From: Eledone cirrhosa
Lineage: Eukaryota
Length of the DNA: 64,000 bases
NCBI GenBank assembly: GCA_964016885.1
Contig: OZ024740.1
Span: 130,944,001-131,008,000, forward strand
Direction: 5' to 3'
Shown here: one piece after another, positions 1 through 14,584 of the stretch
Numbering within the stretch: the stretch's first letter is position 1
Layout of the letters: each line of letters begins with the position of its first letter
Made by a program: the position numbers and the translations under genes
Notes under the pieces: model-generated
Seen by the model: only the letters and a program-made list of their open reading frames with translations
Database searches by the model: none
What the model was told of the DNA's origin: nothing

Positions 1-2
1 AA

Positions 3-1544
3 AAAATCCTAGACCGCGTGATACCAAAAGTCAAGCAACACGCCCGACTTAGCCTATGGATCAACACCCAGGAAGTTATCTCATGGTTCAGCAATTTGGA
101 GGATAAACGAGACAATAAATTTATCCAGTTCGACATAGAGAGCTACTATGCTTCAATCACCTTACCGTTACTTACTGCCGCCTTGGACTTCGCCGAAGCA
201 CTTGTGCCCATCACCGACCAGGAAAGGAAAATCCTCCTCCACGCCAGGAAGACAGTCTTACTCTTTGACAACTCCAAATGGATAAAAAGAGCTCCTGACT
301 CACCCTTAGACGTCAGCATGGGCGCTTCGGATTCGGCGGAGGTCACAGATCTTATAGGATTATTCCTTATAGCCAAACTCACCGATATGTTTTCTGCTTT
401 CGGTGGTGGATTGTACCGTGATGATGGGCTCCTTACCATTAAAGGGTACAACCCCAGTAGTACAGATCGGGTCCGTAAACAATTAATCAGCTTCTTCCGC
501 GACTGGGGATTTAAAATAACCCTACAAACGTCCCTGACCCGAGTTAATTTCCTGGACGTTACCCTCGATCTCAATAATGACCTGTACTACCCATACAGGA
601 AACCCAATGACAACCTGCACTACATCCACCGCCGATATAACCATCCTAGGAACATCACCAACAACCTGGTCAAAAACATCTCCCTCCGTATATCCTGTTT
701 GTCAGCTAATGAGAAGATATTCGATGAATATGCGCCTTACTACAACCAGGCCCTTAAGCGGAGTGGTTTCCGGGAGGAAATATCCTACTGTACAGCCCCC
801 ATTAGCGGAACCAGCAGGCGACACCGCCGGTCACGCATTGTAACATGGTTCAATTCTCCCCACAACGCCGAGGTGACAACTCCCATCGGGCAAATTTTCT
901 TTAGGATCATTGAAAAACACTTCCCACCACAACACCGCTACCACATCATAATTAACAAAAATACCATCAAACTCTCTTACAGCACTACACCTAACTTCGC
1001 ACAAAACATCGTCTCCTCCAACAACAAAAAACTCAACCCCGATGGAAGAAACAACCTAAATAGCAGTGGAGAGCCAACCAGGAGGTGCAACTGTCCTGAT
1101 AGATCCAGTTGCCCCCTCGACAACAGATGCAGAGACCGTAATGTGATCTACCAGTGCAACGTGAGCACGAACACCTCCAACAAAGCTTATATAGGATTAA
1201 CCGCATGCGACTTCAAGACCCGGCTATACCAACACAGACATACCTTCCGAAACCCGGCCCGGCGTCACGCCACTACACTTTCGGGCCACATATGAGACCT
1301 CAAGGACAACAACATCAACTATGATTTCACTTGGAAATTACTGTCCAGAGCCAACTCTTACACGGGAGGACGCCGTCCGTGCAATTTATGCTCGGAGGAA
1401 ACATTACAAATGCTGTTTTCGACGGACCAACTCCTAAACAAGAAAGATGAACTGGTTAGTGCATGTAAACACCGATTCTGTAGGACTTACCTCGCCTTCA
1501 AACCCCATAATGACCCGGGGGGGGGGGGTAGACTAAGACTATAA
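3..1544 (+). pseudogene. Penelope-like element (Naiad-like) RT + C-terminal GIY-YIG endonuclease, 5' part outside window, one in-frame TGA
   Basis: Motifs FDIESYY, MGASDSAEV and YRDDG (RT), FLDVTLDL and YRKP (PLE thumb), CNC..CPL...C linker, VIYQC..AYIG (GIY-YIG). Reading through TGA 1293-1295 continues DLKDNNINY..WKLL..CNLCSEE..LLNKKDELVSACKH to TAA 1542-1544. Confidence 0.9.
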
Positions 1545-2310
1545 CACCCCACTTGCCTATATTGTAACGGGTAAGACCTGCTTGCCAATGGAGACGTAAG
1601 ATCTTCTTTTACATTCTTTTATCGCTTCCTCTATATTTCCTCCTTCCTCCCATCCCTCCCTAGTCATTCTACCCCAGTTCCCATTCCTTGTCGTCGTCTT
1701 TTTCTCGCCCACCCGAGGTAGCCCATCGGTCCCTTGTAGTTTCAGCACCCCCACCCCCTCCTCTATTCTATGATATATTTGGGTGACTCCGCTTTTTATA
1801 GCAGAGGTGTTAGACTTCGGATACTCGCCCCCTTCTCCAACCGCTGTCCCCTTTTTTCCGTGCCTTCTATATTTCTTAGTGGCATCTTTGGTTTAATTTC
1901 TCGTTTATCCTGTATTTCTTTCTTCTTTTTCCCTTTTTTTTTGGGGGGGGGGGGTGTTCCTGTATTAATTTTCCGTTCTTTACTTTTACTTCGGACGATC
2001 TTTCATGTAGCTTGTATAAGACCTTTTGTTTCGTGGCGGTACTCTTAGAGTTAGCACTAGATATTTTTTGCGGGATCCTGAATCATATTCTCGTACTAGT
2101 TTACTTTCTTGCACTGGGTGGTTGCGGGCCCTGTGATTGGGGTAGAAACCTTTATTATTTTCGTGGTAGTCTCTTTAGTATTCTGGCCCCCACCTTTGTT
2201 GACCCGTCACCGTACGATACTCGCACTTATACCTCGTATAAGGGTCCCTTTATTTCCGTCCCACCTAGTTTATTCCTATTATTATTATTTATTTTTTTTA
2301 TTCTACATTA

Positions 2311-2341
<31 letters not shown>

Positions 2342-2716
2342 ATTTATGTATTCATTCACTTATTTATTTATTTATTTATGTATTTCTTTTGCCTAGCTAT
2401 AGCGAGAGACTTATGTCTTAGTAACCAGATTTTGCTTTTTTTTTTCTCTCTCAGTACCTTTTTAGTTTTACCTTTCATTGTTCTACTTACCGTTTCGACC
2501 TCCTTCCCCTCCCCCTCCCCAGTATCCTCTTTGACCTCACACCCAGCTGTAGCTGGCACTACCAACGCATAAATGGGTCTACTCCACCCCCTCTCCCTTT
2601 TTCTCATACCGGCAGGATTAGCTACCCCTTCCCCCACCAACTTGCCATCACAGATTTACTACTAACTTGTGATGAGACCAATCCTGATAATTGTCTCTTT
2701 GACCATATATGGAATT

Positions 2717-2810
2717 GCCCCTTGATAAGTTCGGCTATTTAAATACCAGAATAAATTTTCATTCAGTACAGAATTAGCCGTCGAAACGGCTTGAGGTCAG
2801 CCGTCGGGGT
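2717..2810 (+). ncRNA. Type I hammerhead ribozyme, U3-A8 core variant
   Basis: Stem I GCCCC/GGGGT, core TTGATAA, stem II including CGGCT/AGCCG, GAAA, stem III ACGGCT/AGCCGT, cleavage triplet GTC (after 2805). Confidence 0.8.
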
Positions 2811-2820
2811 CTTACTAGTT

Positions 2821-2871
<51 letters not shown>

Positions 2872-2913
2872 TTATATTCATATATATATATATATATGTA
2901 TATATACTTATAT

Positions 2914-2946
<33 letters not shown>

Positions 2947-2965
2947 CTTACATACATATATATAT

Positions 2966-3057
<92 letters not shown>

Positions 3058-3113
3058 GTAAGTATGTATGTATACGTACATACATATATGTATACAGACG
3101 TACAATAGCATGC

Positions 3114-3146
<33 letters not shown>

Positions 3147-3307
3147 TGCACACAGGTACACATACATATATGCACGCATCAGTTTAGCCGACGTTTATTA
3201 TAACGCAGCTTTGTTCGTTTGTTTGTCAACAAACAGAACAGCATGAATTTATGCCATACGGTGTTAAGGCAACCACGTCACCTGTTTGTTCAACACTGAC
3301 ACAGGAA

Positions 3308-3348
3308 CGATGTACTAGTTTCAAGCTTGTTAGCTATCATCAGCACCG
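3308..3348 (-). ncRNA. Minimal type I HHR, family A (further minus copies 3820-3860, 4331-4371, 4820-4860)
   Basis: Reverse complement reads CGGTG CTGATGA T-AGCT-AACA-AGCT-T GAAA CTAG TA^ CATCG. Stem I is disrupted in the 3820 copy and stem II has a mismatch in the 4331 copy. Confidence 0.85.
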
Positions 3349-3586
3349 TTTACCCATCTGCCAGATAGTTGAACGTTCGAAAGTATATACTTTCCTTATG
3401 AAAATTAACGGCTGAGCAGCCTAATTTGCATATTGAGTGAGTTAAATCAGTCAGGCATACCGAAAACGATAAGCTGAAAAAAAAATGAAAACGAAATTTC
3501 ATTTCTCACTCTTAGTATGGCACTTACTTAAATGTAAGTATGTATGTATACGTACATACATATATGTATACATACGTACAGTAGCA

Positions 3587-3658
<72 letters not shown>

Positions 3659-4097
3659 TGCACACAGGTACACATACATATATGCACGCATCAGTTTAGC
3701 CGACGTTTAATATAACGCAGCTGTGTTCGTTTGTTTGTCAACAAACAGAACAGCCTGAATTTATGCCATACGGTGTTAAGGCAACCACGTCGCCTTTTTG
3801 ATCAACACTGACACAGGAACTAGGTACTAGTTTCAAGCTTCTTAGCTATCATCAGCACCGTTTACCCATCTGTCACATAGTTGAACGTTCGAAAGTATAT
3901 ACTTTCCTTATGAAAATTAACGGCTGAGCAGCCTAATTTGCATATTGAGTAAATTAAATCTGTCAGGCATACCGAAAACGATAAGTTGAATAAAAATGAA
4001 AATGAAATTTCATTTCTCACTCTTAGTATGGCACTTACTTAAATGTAAGTATGTATGTATACGTACATACATATATGTATACAGACGTACAGTAGCA

Positions 4098-4178
<81 letters not shown>

Positions 4179-4608
4179 GTACACATACATATATGCACGC
4201 ATCAGTTTAGCCGACGTTTACTATAACGCAGCTGTGTTCGTTTGTTTGTCAACAAACATAACAGCCTGAATTTATGCCATACGGTGTTAAGGCAACCACA
4301 TCACCTTTTTGTTCAACACTGACACAGGAACGATGTACTAGTTTCAAACTTGTTAGCTATCATCAGCACCGTTTACCCATCTGCCACATAGTTGAACGTT
4401 CGAAAGTATATACTTTCCTTATGGAAATTAACGGCTGAGCAGCCTAATTTGCATATTGAGTGAGTTAAATCGGTCAGGCATACCGAAAACGATAAGTTGA
4501 AAAAAAATGAAAACGAAATTTCATTTCTCACTCTTAGTATGGAACTTACTTAAATGTAAGTATGTATGTATACGTACATACATATATGTATACAGACGTA
4601 CAGTAGCA

Positions 4609-4658
<50 letters not shown>

Positions 4659-5097
4659 TGCTCACAGGTACACATACATATATGCACGCATCAGTTTAGC
4701 CGACGTTTATTATAACGCAGCTTTGTGCGTTTGTTTGTCAACAAACAGAACAGACAGAATTTATGCCATACGGTGTTAAGGCAACCACGTCACCTTTTTG
4801 TTCAACACTGACACAGGAACGATGTACTAGTTTCAAGCTTGTTAGCTATCATCAGCACCGTTTACCCATCTGCCAGATAGTTGAACGTTCGAAAGTATAT
4901 ACTTTCCTCATGAAAATTAACGGCTGAGCAGCCTAATTTGCATATTGAGTGAGTTAAATCGGTCAGGCATACCGAAAACGATAAGTTGAAAACAAATGAA
5001 AACAAAATTTCATTTCTCACTCTTAGTATGGCACTTACTTGAATGTAAGTATGTATGTATACGTACATACATATATGTATACAGACGTACAGTAGCA

Positions 5098-5141
<44 letters not shown>

Positions 5142-5522
5142 AGTAAGTGCCATACTAAGAGTGAGAAATGAAATTTCGTTTTCATTTTTTTTCAACTTAT
5201 CGTATTCGGTATGCCTGACCGATTTAACTCAATCAATATGCAAATTAGGCTGCTCAGCCGTTAATTTTCATGAGGAAAGTATATACTTTCGAACGTTCAA
5301 CTATCTGGCAGATGGGTAAATGGTGCTGATGATAGCTAACAAGCTTGAAACTAGTACATCGTTCCTGTGTCAGTGTTGAACAAAAAGGTGACGTGGTTGC
5401 CTTAACATCGTATGGCATAAATTAAGGCTGTTCTGTTTGTTGACAAACAAACGAACAAAGCTGCGTTATAATAAACGTCGGCTAAACTGATGCGTGCTTA
5501 TATGTATGTGTACCTGTGTGCA

Positions 5523-5568
<46 letters not shown>

Positions 5569-5805
5569 TGCTACTGTACGTCTGTATACATATATGTATG
5601 TACGTATACATACACACTTACATTTAAGTAAGTGCCATACTAAGAGTGAGAAATGAAATTTCGTTTTCATTTGTTTCCAACTTATCGTTTTCGGTATGCC
5701 TGGCCGGTTTAATTCACTCAATATGCAAATTAGGCTGCTCAGCTGTTAATTTTCATAAGGAAAGTATATACTTTCGAACGTTCAACTATCTGGCAGATGG
5801 GTAAC

Positions 5806-5846
5806 CGGTGCTGATGATAGCTAACAAGCTTGAAACTAGTACATCG
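5806..5846 (+). ncRNA. Minimal type I HHR, family A (also 5321-5361)
   Basis: CGGTG CTGATGA TAGCTAACAAGCTT GAAA CTAG TA^ CATCG. Confidence 0.85.
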
Positions 5847-6013
5847 TTCCTGTGTCAGTGTTGAACAAAAGGGGGACGTGGTTGCCTTAACACCGTATGG
5901 CATAAATTCAGGCTGTTCTGTTTGTTGACAAACAAATGAACAAAGCTGCGTTATAATAAACGTCGGCTAAACTGATGCGTGCATATATGTATGTGTACCT
6001 GTGTGCATATATG

Positions 6014-6069
<56 letters not shown>

Positions 6070-6208
6070 TGCTACTGTACGTCTGTATACATATATGTAT
6101 GTACGTATACATACATACTTACATTTAAGTAAGTGCCATACTAAGAGTGAGAAATGAAATTTCGTTTTCATTTTTTTTCAACTTATATATATATATATAC
6201 TTATATAG

Positions 6209-6299
<91 letters not shown>

Positions 6300-6660
6300 T
6301 ATAAATAAGCTTCAATTACTACTATTTTACTATTTGGCCAATTATTAACTTTCTATTGGTTAATTCTAAACCTCTTACCAAACAGACAGAATATATTAGA
6401 TCTTTGTTGGTTTTATTCAATGAACAAATAAAATTATTTCTGAGGTCAGCATAAGACCTATTTCTTCCCTAAAATAATCATTCATTCATAATATTCTTTT
6501 CCATCCAAAACTGAAATCTACCTTCCTCTACCCATAATTTAAGGTTCTTCTAAAGCTATATTACTATCTTGACCCTCACTATCTCCTGATTGGTCAATTC
6601 AAAACCTGTTCCCAAACAGACCTATTGTATTGAATCTTTGTTATTTTCAATAAACAAATA

Positions 6661-6802
6661 TCATTATTTCTGAAAACCGCATATATATGTGTAGGTATGT
6701 ATATTCCTTCTGATAGTTTGTATAAATATTGTACATAGATCTATAGAATATGCATACCAACTCTAACACATATATATCCTAGAAACGATCGTAAAATGAT
6801 GA
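6661..6802 (+). ncRNA. HHR family B, degenerate core (G8A)
   Basis: TCATTATTT CTGAAAA ...long stem II... GAAA CGATCG TA^ AAATGATGA; homologous to 30410-30556. Confidence 0.6.
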
Positions 6803-6849
6803 TTTTTTTTAATATAAGGAACTGTTTCTTTGTTTATTCATTATTTTAT

Positions 6850-8221
<1,372 letters not shown>

Positions 8222-9749
8222 AGGTACTCTATTCCGGGTTGAATCGGAGGTAACCTCAGTAAGTAAGGTACTCAATACATAGCAGATTATAACAGTTTTA
8301 ATAACATTAGAATCCGCAGGAATCTCTTCGATTCCTGATGATTTGTAAAGAATGAAAGAGTTCTAGTCCTGTTCAATCTCATCTATGTTAAAACTTTATT
8401 TATATATATATAAATATTAGAAACTGAGATTTTGTTACAACATGAAAAAAATCGAGTTGTCCTCCACGAGTGAAAGTATAGGAAAAAAGCTGAAATCGAA
8501 AATGCAACTGGAGTCTTTTTTCATAAAAATATATATATTATTTGGTTTCTTTACCGGTTACGCAGTTCTTCTGCTCTTCAAAAGTGAAATTGAGATGGAG
8601 GTGTTGTGCTTATTCTCACATTTGTTTGGTGTTTGAACGTTACTCTATTTCATATGGAAAAAGGTGGCTCGAAATGCTAGGTTTTTAGAGAAGTAATTTG
8701 GTTGGCTGGTGAATAAGTATACTAAATTTAGCGACAGTTCGCGTCACAAAGTTCTTACTATATTTGAATTACTTTTTCATATATGAGTGAAGTTTGGTTG
8801 GTTGATGCAGTCACGTGAATAAGCACATCAGCTTTCGCGCCAGTTTGTGTTTGAATTTCTTTTTACTTAAAAAATGGTGGCTCATGAAGGCTTTTTTTTA
8901 TAAATGTAATTTGATTGGTTATAAATGAAATAATGACTGTCACGTGATCAAGTACATTAAATTTCGCGCCCGTATTTCGGAATTTATTTTTGAAGCCATT
9001 TAGAGGATGTTGTACCAGAGAAATGATAATTGTCAAGAAAAAGGGGTGCGGAAAGTTGTTCTGAGTATGACTGATGTGCTGAAATGTAATTTGATTGATT
9101 ATAAATGAAATAATGACTGTCACGTTAACAAGTACATTAAATTCGCACCCGTATATTGGAATTTGTTTTGTACCTTTTAGAGAATTGTGTGGCAAATAAA
9201 AGGAAATGGTCAAGAAGAACGGGATGGGGTGAATCGTTCTGGTTCAGTGAATATGGCTCTTGCGCTGTGGTGTCAAAATTCAGACTTTCTATTGAAATAA
9301 AAAAAGTAGAGATATGTATGTTTATTTGTGTGTGGTGTGTGTATGTATGTGTGTGTGTGTGTGTTTAGGAAGATGATTATATTAGTAGAAATGGGGTAGG
9401 GAGTTGTGTGTGTGTGTATGGGTGTTATGTGTGTGTGTGGGAGTATGGTTAGCATGTTAAGATGGAGAGAATATATATATATATTTTGTGTGTGTGTAGG
9501 AAAATGTGTCCGTCAGTAGAAATCGTGGAGAGAGTTATGTGTGTGTTTTGGGTTAGTATGTTAAGGTCTATTTAGTTCTGGTTTTTATTTTCTAAAAAAG
9601 AAGGTGTTATGAGTGTGTGTATGTATGTGTCTGTTTTGATGGTTAGCATGTTATGGTGTTGACATAATGTAAATTAATCTATATTTAATTCTGGTCTATA
9701 TTTTTGAATAAACTTTTTTTCGTTGTTTATTCCTATTATTATAATTATT

Positions 9750-9862
9750 CATTCCCGCCGAGGTTAACTTTGCCTTTCATCCTTACTGGGTCGATAAAAT
9801 AAACTACCAGTAATGCACTGGGTATTTACCTGCCTTGTGCCATATGTAGAAACAATTATTAT
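9750..9862 (+). mobile_element. 5'-truncated SINE (cephalopod-type)
   Basis: cccgccgaggttaactttgcctttcatccttactgggtcgataaaataaactaccagt matches the copies at 24.3, 29.2, 29.3 and 63.4 kb. Confidence 0.8.
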
Positions 9863-9989
9863 ACTTATTCCCCAACCAACTAAATTACTTCTTTAAAAAC
9901 CTAGCATTTCGAGCCACTTTTATCCATATAAAACAGAAGTAACATTCAAACATCAACCAGATGTGAGAGAACCCTCTGTGTTCAGAGAA

Positions 9990-10880
9990 CGTGAGGCCGC
10001 CTGTGAGACGTGGGACCGGCTGGGACTTAGCCAAGTAGACGTCCCTCCTCCTCCTTCTCCCCCTGTTGACGCCAATTTCGCCCAACGCACTTGGGATGCC
10101 ATCCAGTGCAGCTTGGACTCAGACAGGCTCACGAGCTAGCTCGACCAGCACCCCCTTGCTTGTTTTCGTGCGGCCTCCAAACCCAACAGTGGTTCCTAGC
10201 TTCATGCCCTGCCCTCCTTCTCTACTGGCACGCAGATAGACAACCATAGCCTGCGCATCGCCGTTTCCCTGAGGCTCGGCCTCCGGATCTGCCAGCCACA
10301 CAAATGCCGCTGCAGTTCCACCGTGGACTATTTCAGCCTTCACCCTCTTTCCTGTCGCCACAGTGCCAGCCGCATTCCACGCCATGCTGCGCTCAACGAG
10401 GTCATTAAGCATGACTTGGACGCTGCAGGCTTCCCTTTTCAGCTCGAGCCCGTGGGGCTGGATCGAGGGGATTGCAAAAGAACAGATGGCGTGACCGTCT
10501 TCCCGTTCCGCGATGGCAAACCTCTCGTATGGGATGCCACTCGCACTGACATTTTCTGCAGCTGCAACCTCGTGCAGTCTGCGACTGACCCAAGTTATCT
10601 TGCACGTCGGGCTGAGGGGTACAAACTTCTCAAATACCGGTCGATCTCCGACAGGTTTGCGGTCGTACCCCTGGCAGTGAAGACTTCTGGTGTCCTCGGC
10701 CACAGGGCTACCTCCTTACTCACCACCATAGGAGCTGAGCTGGCCAGCCACAGGTGTGAGCCCCGTGAGTTGGAGTGGCTGTTCCAGCGCGTCTCCCTAG
10801 CCGTTCCCCGGGGAAACGCCTTCTCCATTCTGTCAGCCAGGGCTGTGGGCGGACCCCATCGCGTACCGTTGTAGTTGTTG
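9990..10880 (+). mobile_element. 3' fragment of a CRE-like non-LTR retrotransposon (Zn knuckle + restriction-like endonuclease)
   Basis: ORF 10323-10874: HPLSC..RHAALNEVI, KRTDG..WDAT, KLLKY, VPLAVKTSGVLG, QRVSLAV.RGNA. GC-rich island in AT-rich flanks. Confidence 0.8.
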
Positions 10881-11058
10881 TAGAAGAAACAGGTTCCCAG
10901 TGTATATATTTTCTTTTAAATTTAACCACAATCCCTACATCTCAATTCTACTTTTGTAAAGTCGAAGAACTGCGAAACTGGAAAGGGACCAAATAAATAT
11001 ATATTTTTATAAAAAAAGACTCCAGTTGCATTTTATATTTTATATTTTGTCCTTATAA

Positions 11059-11146
<88 letters not shown>

Positions 11147-11192
11147 GTGTCTATCTACATGTAGATATATATATATATATACATATACATAA

Positions 11193-11224
<32 letters not shown>

Positions 11225-12270
11225 ACCTGCACAAGTGTGTTTGTGTTTGTGTACCTGCACACGTGTGTTTACATGTGTTCCTGCACGCGCGCGCGTGTGT
11301 GTGTAGGTAGGTAGGTGAGTATGTTTATACAATTCGCTGCATCGATTTGCTCTACATTCGTGCTCAATATGGGTAGATTGTTTTTCTTGTGAATGGAAAC
11401 TTCAGCTCTGTTTTCTTGTAGAGAAACGGACATATACACTGTCTGTAACGTCTTTCATTCAACAATATATATACACACATACAGCTGTCTATGAAGGAAG
11501 TCTTCGTATCAAATTATAATAAAACAATAAACTTAAGGAGCATAATTAAAACAGTTTAACATATGTACAGCATCAATTACATTTCAATGGGTTTTTTTTC
11601 TAATTAGTATTTATGCGTATATTTTCTCTTCTTAAGAACCTGCTTATTCCATACATTTCAGATATATATTTTTTTCGTGAAACTAGACACTATTGTTCAT
11701 AATCATTTAGAATTCATTTGAACATATTTATCTTACACGGCTGCATGTCTATGGTTATATTACATTTCTCTTTATTATGACTTTTACAATATACTGCTGA
11801 TGACAATATAGCCATGGTTTCAGATAATATTATTGAAATAATTTTAATAAATAAATCAATGATCTCATATTAGTGGAATGCTTTATTGTAGGAGTGTATT
11901 GTAAGTTGTCGAATGTATTTGCATGTACTTCAATACAAAATATTGCAAGAATCACATAAGAATGTATGTGTACTAATGTGTATGAGGAATGTCAGCCTGT
12001 GTTTGTGTATGTTTACATCCACAAACGTGTGCACATTTGAGGACGAAATTACTAATTTATTTTCTTTATTGCATTTAAATGTTAAAGAAAATATCAATTT
12101 GAAAATAAAATTCAATTAAATTTAATTCAATGAAAACTAGATTATATAAGAAGACAACACATATTTTATACACAATTGGAAATTCAGAAACACAATCATA
12201 CTCACATTTCCAAAGGCACAGTCAAGCACACACATTTATATATATATATATATAAATGTGTGTATGTATG

Positions 12271-12329
<59 letters not shown>

Positions 12330-12383
12330 ATATGTACGTATACACACACACACACACACATGTATATATTTATATATACATAT

Positions 12384-12454
<71 letters not shown>

Positions 12455-12567
12455 TATACATATATATATTTATATATATATACATATATATACATATATA
12501 TATATACTTATATATATATATATACACATATATATGTATATATATATACATATATACATATATATGT

Positions 12568-12642
<75 letters not shown>

Positions 12643-12647
12643 TGTAT

Positions 12648-12749
<102 letters not shown>

Positions 12750-13393
12750 TGGTTCATAGAGGTATTTGTACGTCATTATATTATGTTTATGAAATTAGTT
12801 TCATTCTCCTATTACAATGAATCGAGCAGTCAATGGAAAGTATAATGAACTCATAACTGACATGAATGGCATTATTAGTCTATTGTTTATCAATGGGGAA
12901 TTAGATTTAGTTAAAGAAAATAATTATTTTTGCTCAGAAAAAAAAAGAAAAAATAATCATATACGCAGTTTGACTGATACCTCAACAATGAAACCAATAA
13001 AACACTGAATCGTTACCTCTACGAAAACATTAGAAATGTCTAACTATAGCAAATAACTAGTCTTAAAGTTGTGATTTCAAGAGAAATAACTACATGCCAG
13101 ATTAATTCATCACACTTCACCTTTGTTTCATAAACCAAGGAATTTATTCTAGGAAATGTCCTGCAAGAGAGATTGCAATTGCTTTAGAAATAGAGCTGAG
13201 ATGTATTTCGCCATACATTACTTAGCAAACATCAGTTTGATTACAAACATATTGCCCACAAAAAAGCACACGATCAGACAGAAACTACCTACTTGCTTGC
13301 GTGCTAACCTAAATCTATTTCTATAGACACAGACGCTCGTTCACTTACATATATACTTACGCACACACACACACACACACACATACATGCGCG

Positions 13394-13426
<33 letters not shown>

Positions 13427-13464
13427 GCATATGCATATATATATATATATATATGCATATATAT

Positions 13465-13519
13465 ATAAATGTAAGTATGTATACGTACATACATATATGT
13501 ATACGGACGTACAGTAGCA

Positions 13520-13601
<82 letters not shown>

Positions 13602-14065
13602 CATACATACAGGCACACATATATATATATGCACGTATCAGCTTACCGAACATTTATTATAATGATCGCTTTGTTCGTTTGTAAACAAACGAACAGCCAG
13701 ATTTACGCCGTACACTGTTTAGGCAACCACGTCACCTTTTTGTTCAACACTGACACAGGAACGATGTACTAGTTTCAAGCTTGTTAGCTATCGTCAGCAC
13801 CGTATACCTTTCTGCCAGATGGTTGAACGTCCGAAAGTATATACTTTCCTTATGAAAATTAACGGCTGAGCAGCCTAATTTGCATATCGAGTGAGTTCAG
13901 TCGGTCAGGTGCACCGAAAACTAAAAATTGAATAAAATGAAACGAAATTTATATATGCATGCTACTGTACGTCTGTATACATATATGTATGTACGTATAC
14001 ATACATACTTACATTTAAGTAAGTGCCGTACTAAGAGTGAGAAATGAAATTTCGTTTCATTCTAT
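13465..14065. repeat. Family A single unit (HHR on minus, 13762-13802, core CTGACGA) plus a short inverted segment
   Basis: Homologous to the 3-6 kb units; 13950-14060 is the reverse complement of the unit start; flanked by (TA)n. Confidence 0.9.
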
Positions 14066-14066
14066 T

Positions 14067-14168
<102 letters not shown>

Positions 14169-14213
14169 GAAAGTAAGGTTCTATACAAAATAGTGGTTAT
14201 AGAGAAACGGTGA

Positions 14214-14468
14214 AATTGGAAATAGCACGGAAAATATATTTAAGGATATGTTTTTCTTCTTTCTTTTCCTTTCTTTGATTCGTCAAAATGATATCATTGA
14301 AAAAGGGAGAGGGACAATTCTGTTAGAAAGGAGTTTTATAATGTATATACTTTATATATATATTACACAACTCTCTTTTTAAAATAATGACAATTAGACG
14401 AATCAAAGAAAGAAAAAAAAAAGAAGGAAAACAGATCCTTAAATATATTTTCCGTGATATTTCCAATT
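14214..14468. repeat. Imperfect inverted repeat (fold-back)
   Basis: 14215-14284 is the reverse complement of 14397-14468. Confidence 0.75.
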
Positions 14469-14530
14469 TTAACTTAATTCTCTCTTGCTCTCTCTCACTC
14501 TCAGTATATATATATATATATGTGTGTGTG

Positions 14531-14584
<54 letters not shown>

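Larger units (their letters stand above)
1..2822 (+). mobile_element. Penelope-like retroelement: ORF, ~1.2 kb 3' region ending in an HHR, abutting (TA)n
   Basis: ORF above, HHR at 2717-2810, (TA)n starting ~2823. The 3' boundary is inferred from the HHR and microsatellite. Confidence 0.75.
3053..6184. repeat. Family A array: about four tandem ~490-510 bp units followed by about two inverted units, each with an internal (TA)n and one HHR
   Basis: Near-identical units recur with HHR spacing of 512, 511 and 489 bp. Orientation flips at the (TA)n near 5100-5138; inverted spacing is 485 bp. Confidence 0.95.

Noticed and set aside
3053-6184. CRISPR-like or telomeric array
   Set aside because: Units are ~500 bp with no unique spacers, there are no cas genes, and the context is eukaryotic.
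8329-8370. CTGATGA...GAAA motif
   Set aside because: No convincing stems I, II or III.
10119-10703. 194 aa minus-strand ORF and other antisense ORFs over the LINEs
   Set aside because: Shadow frames of GC-rich retroelement coding sequence with no recognisable domain.
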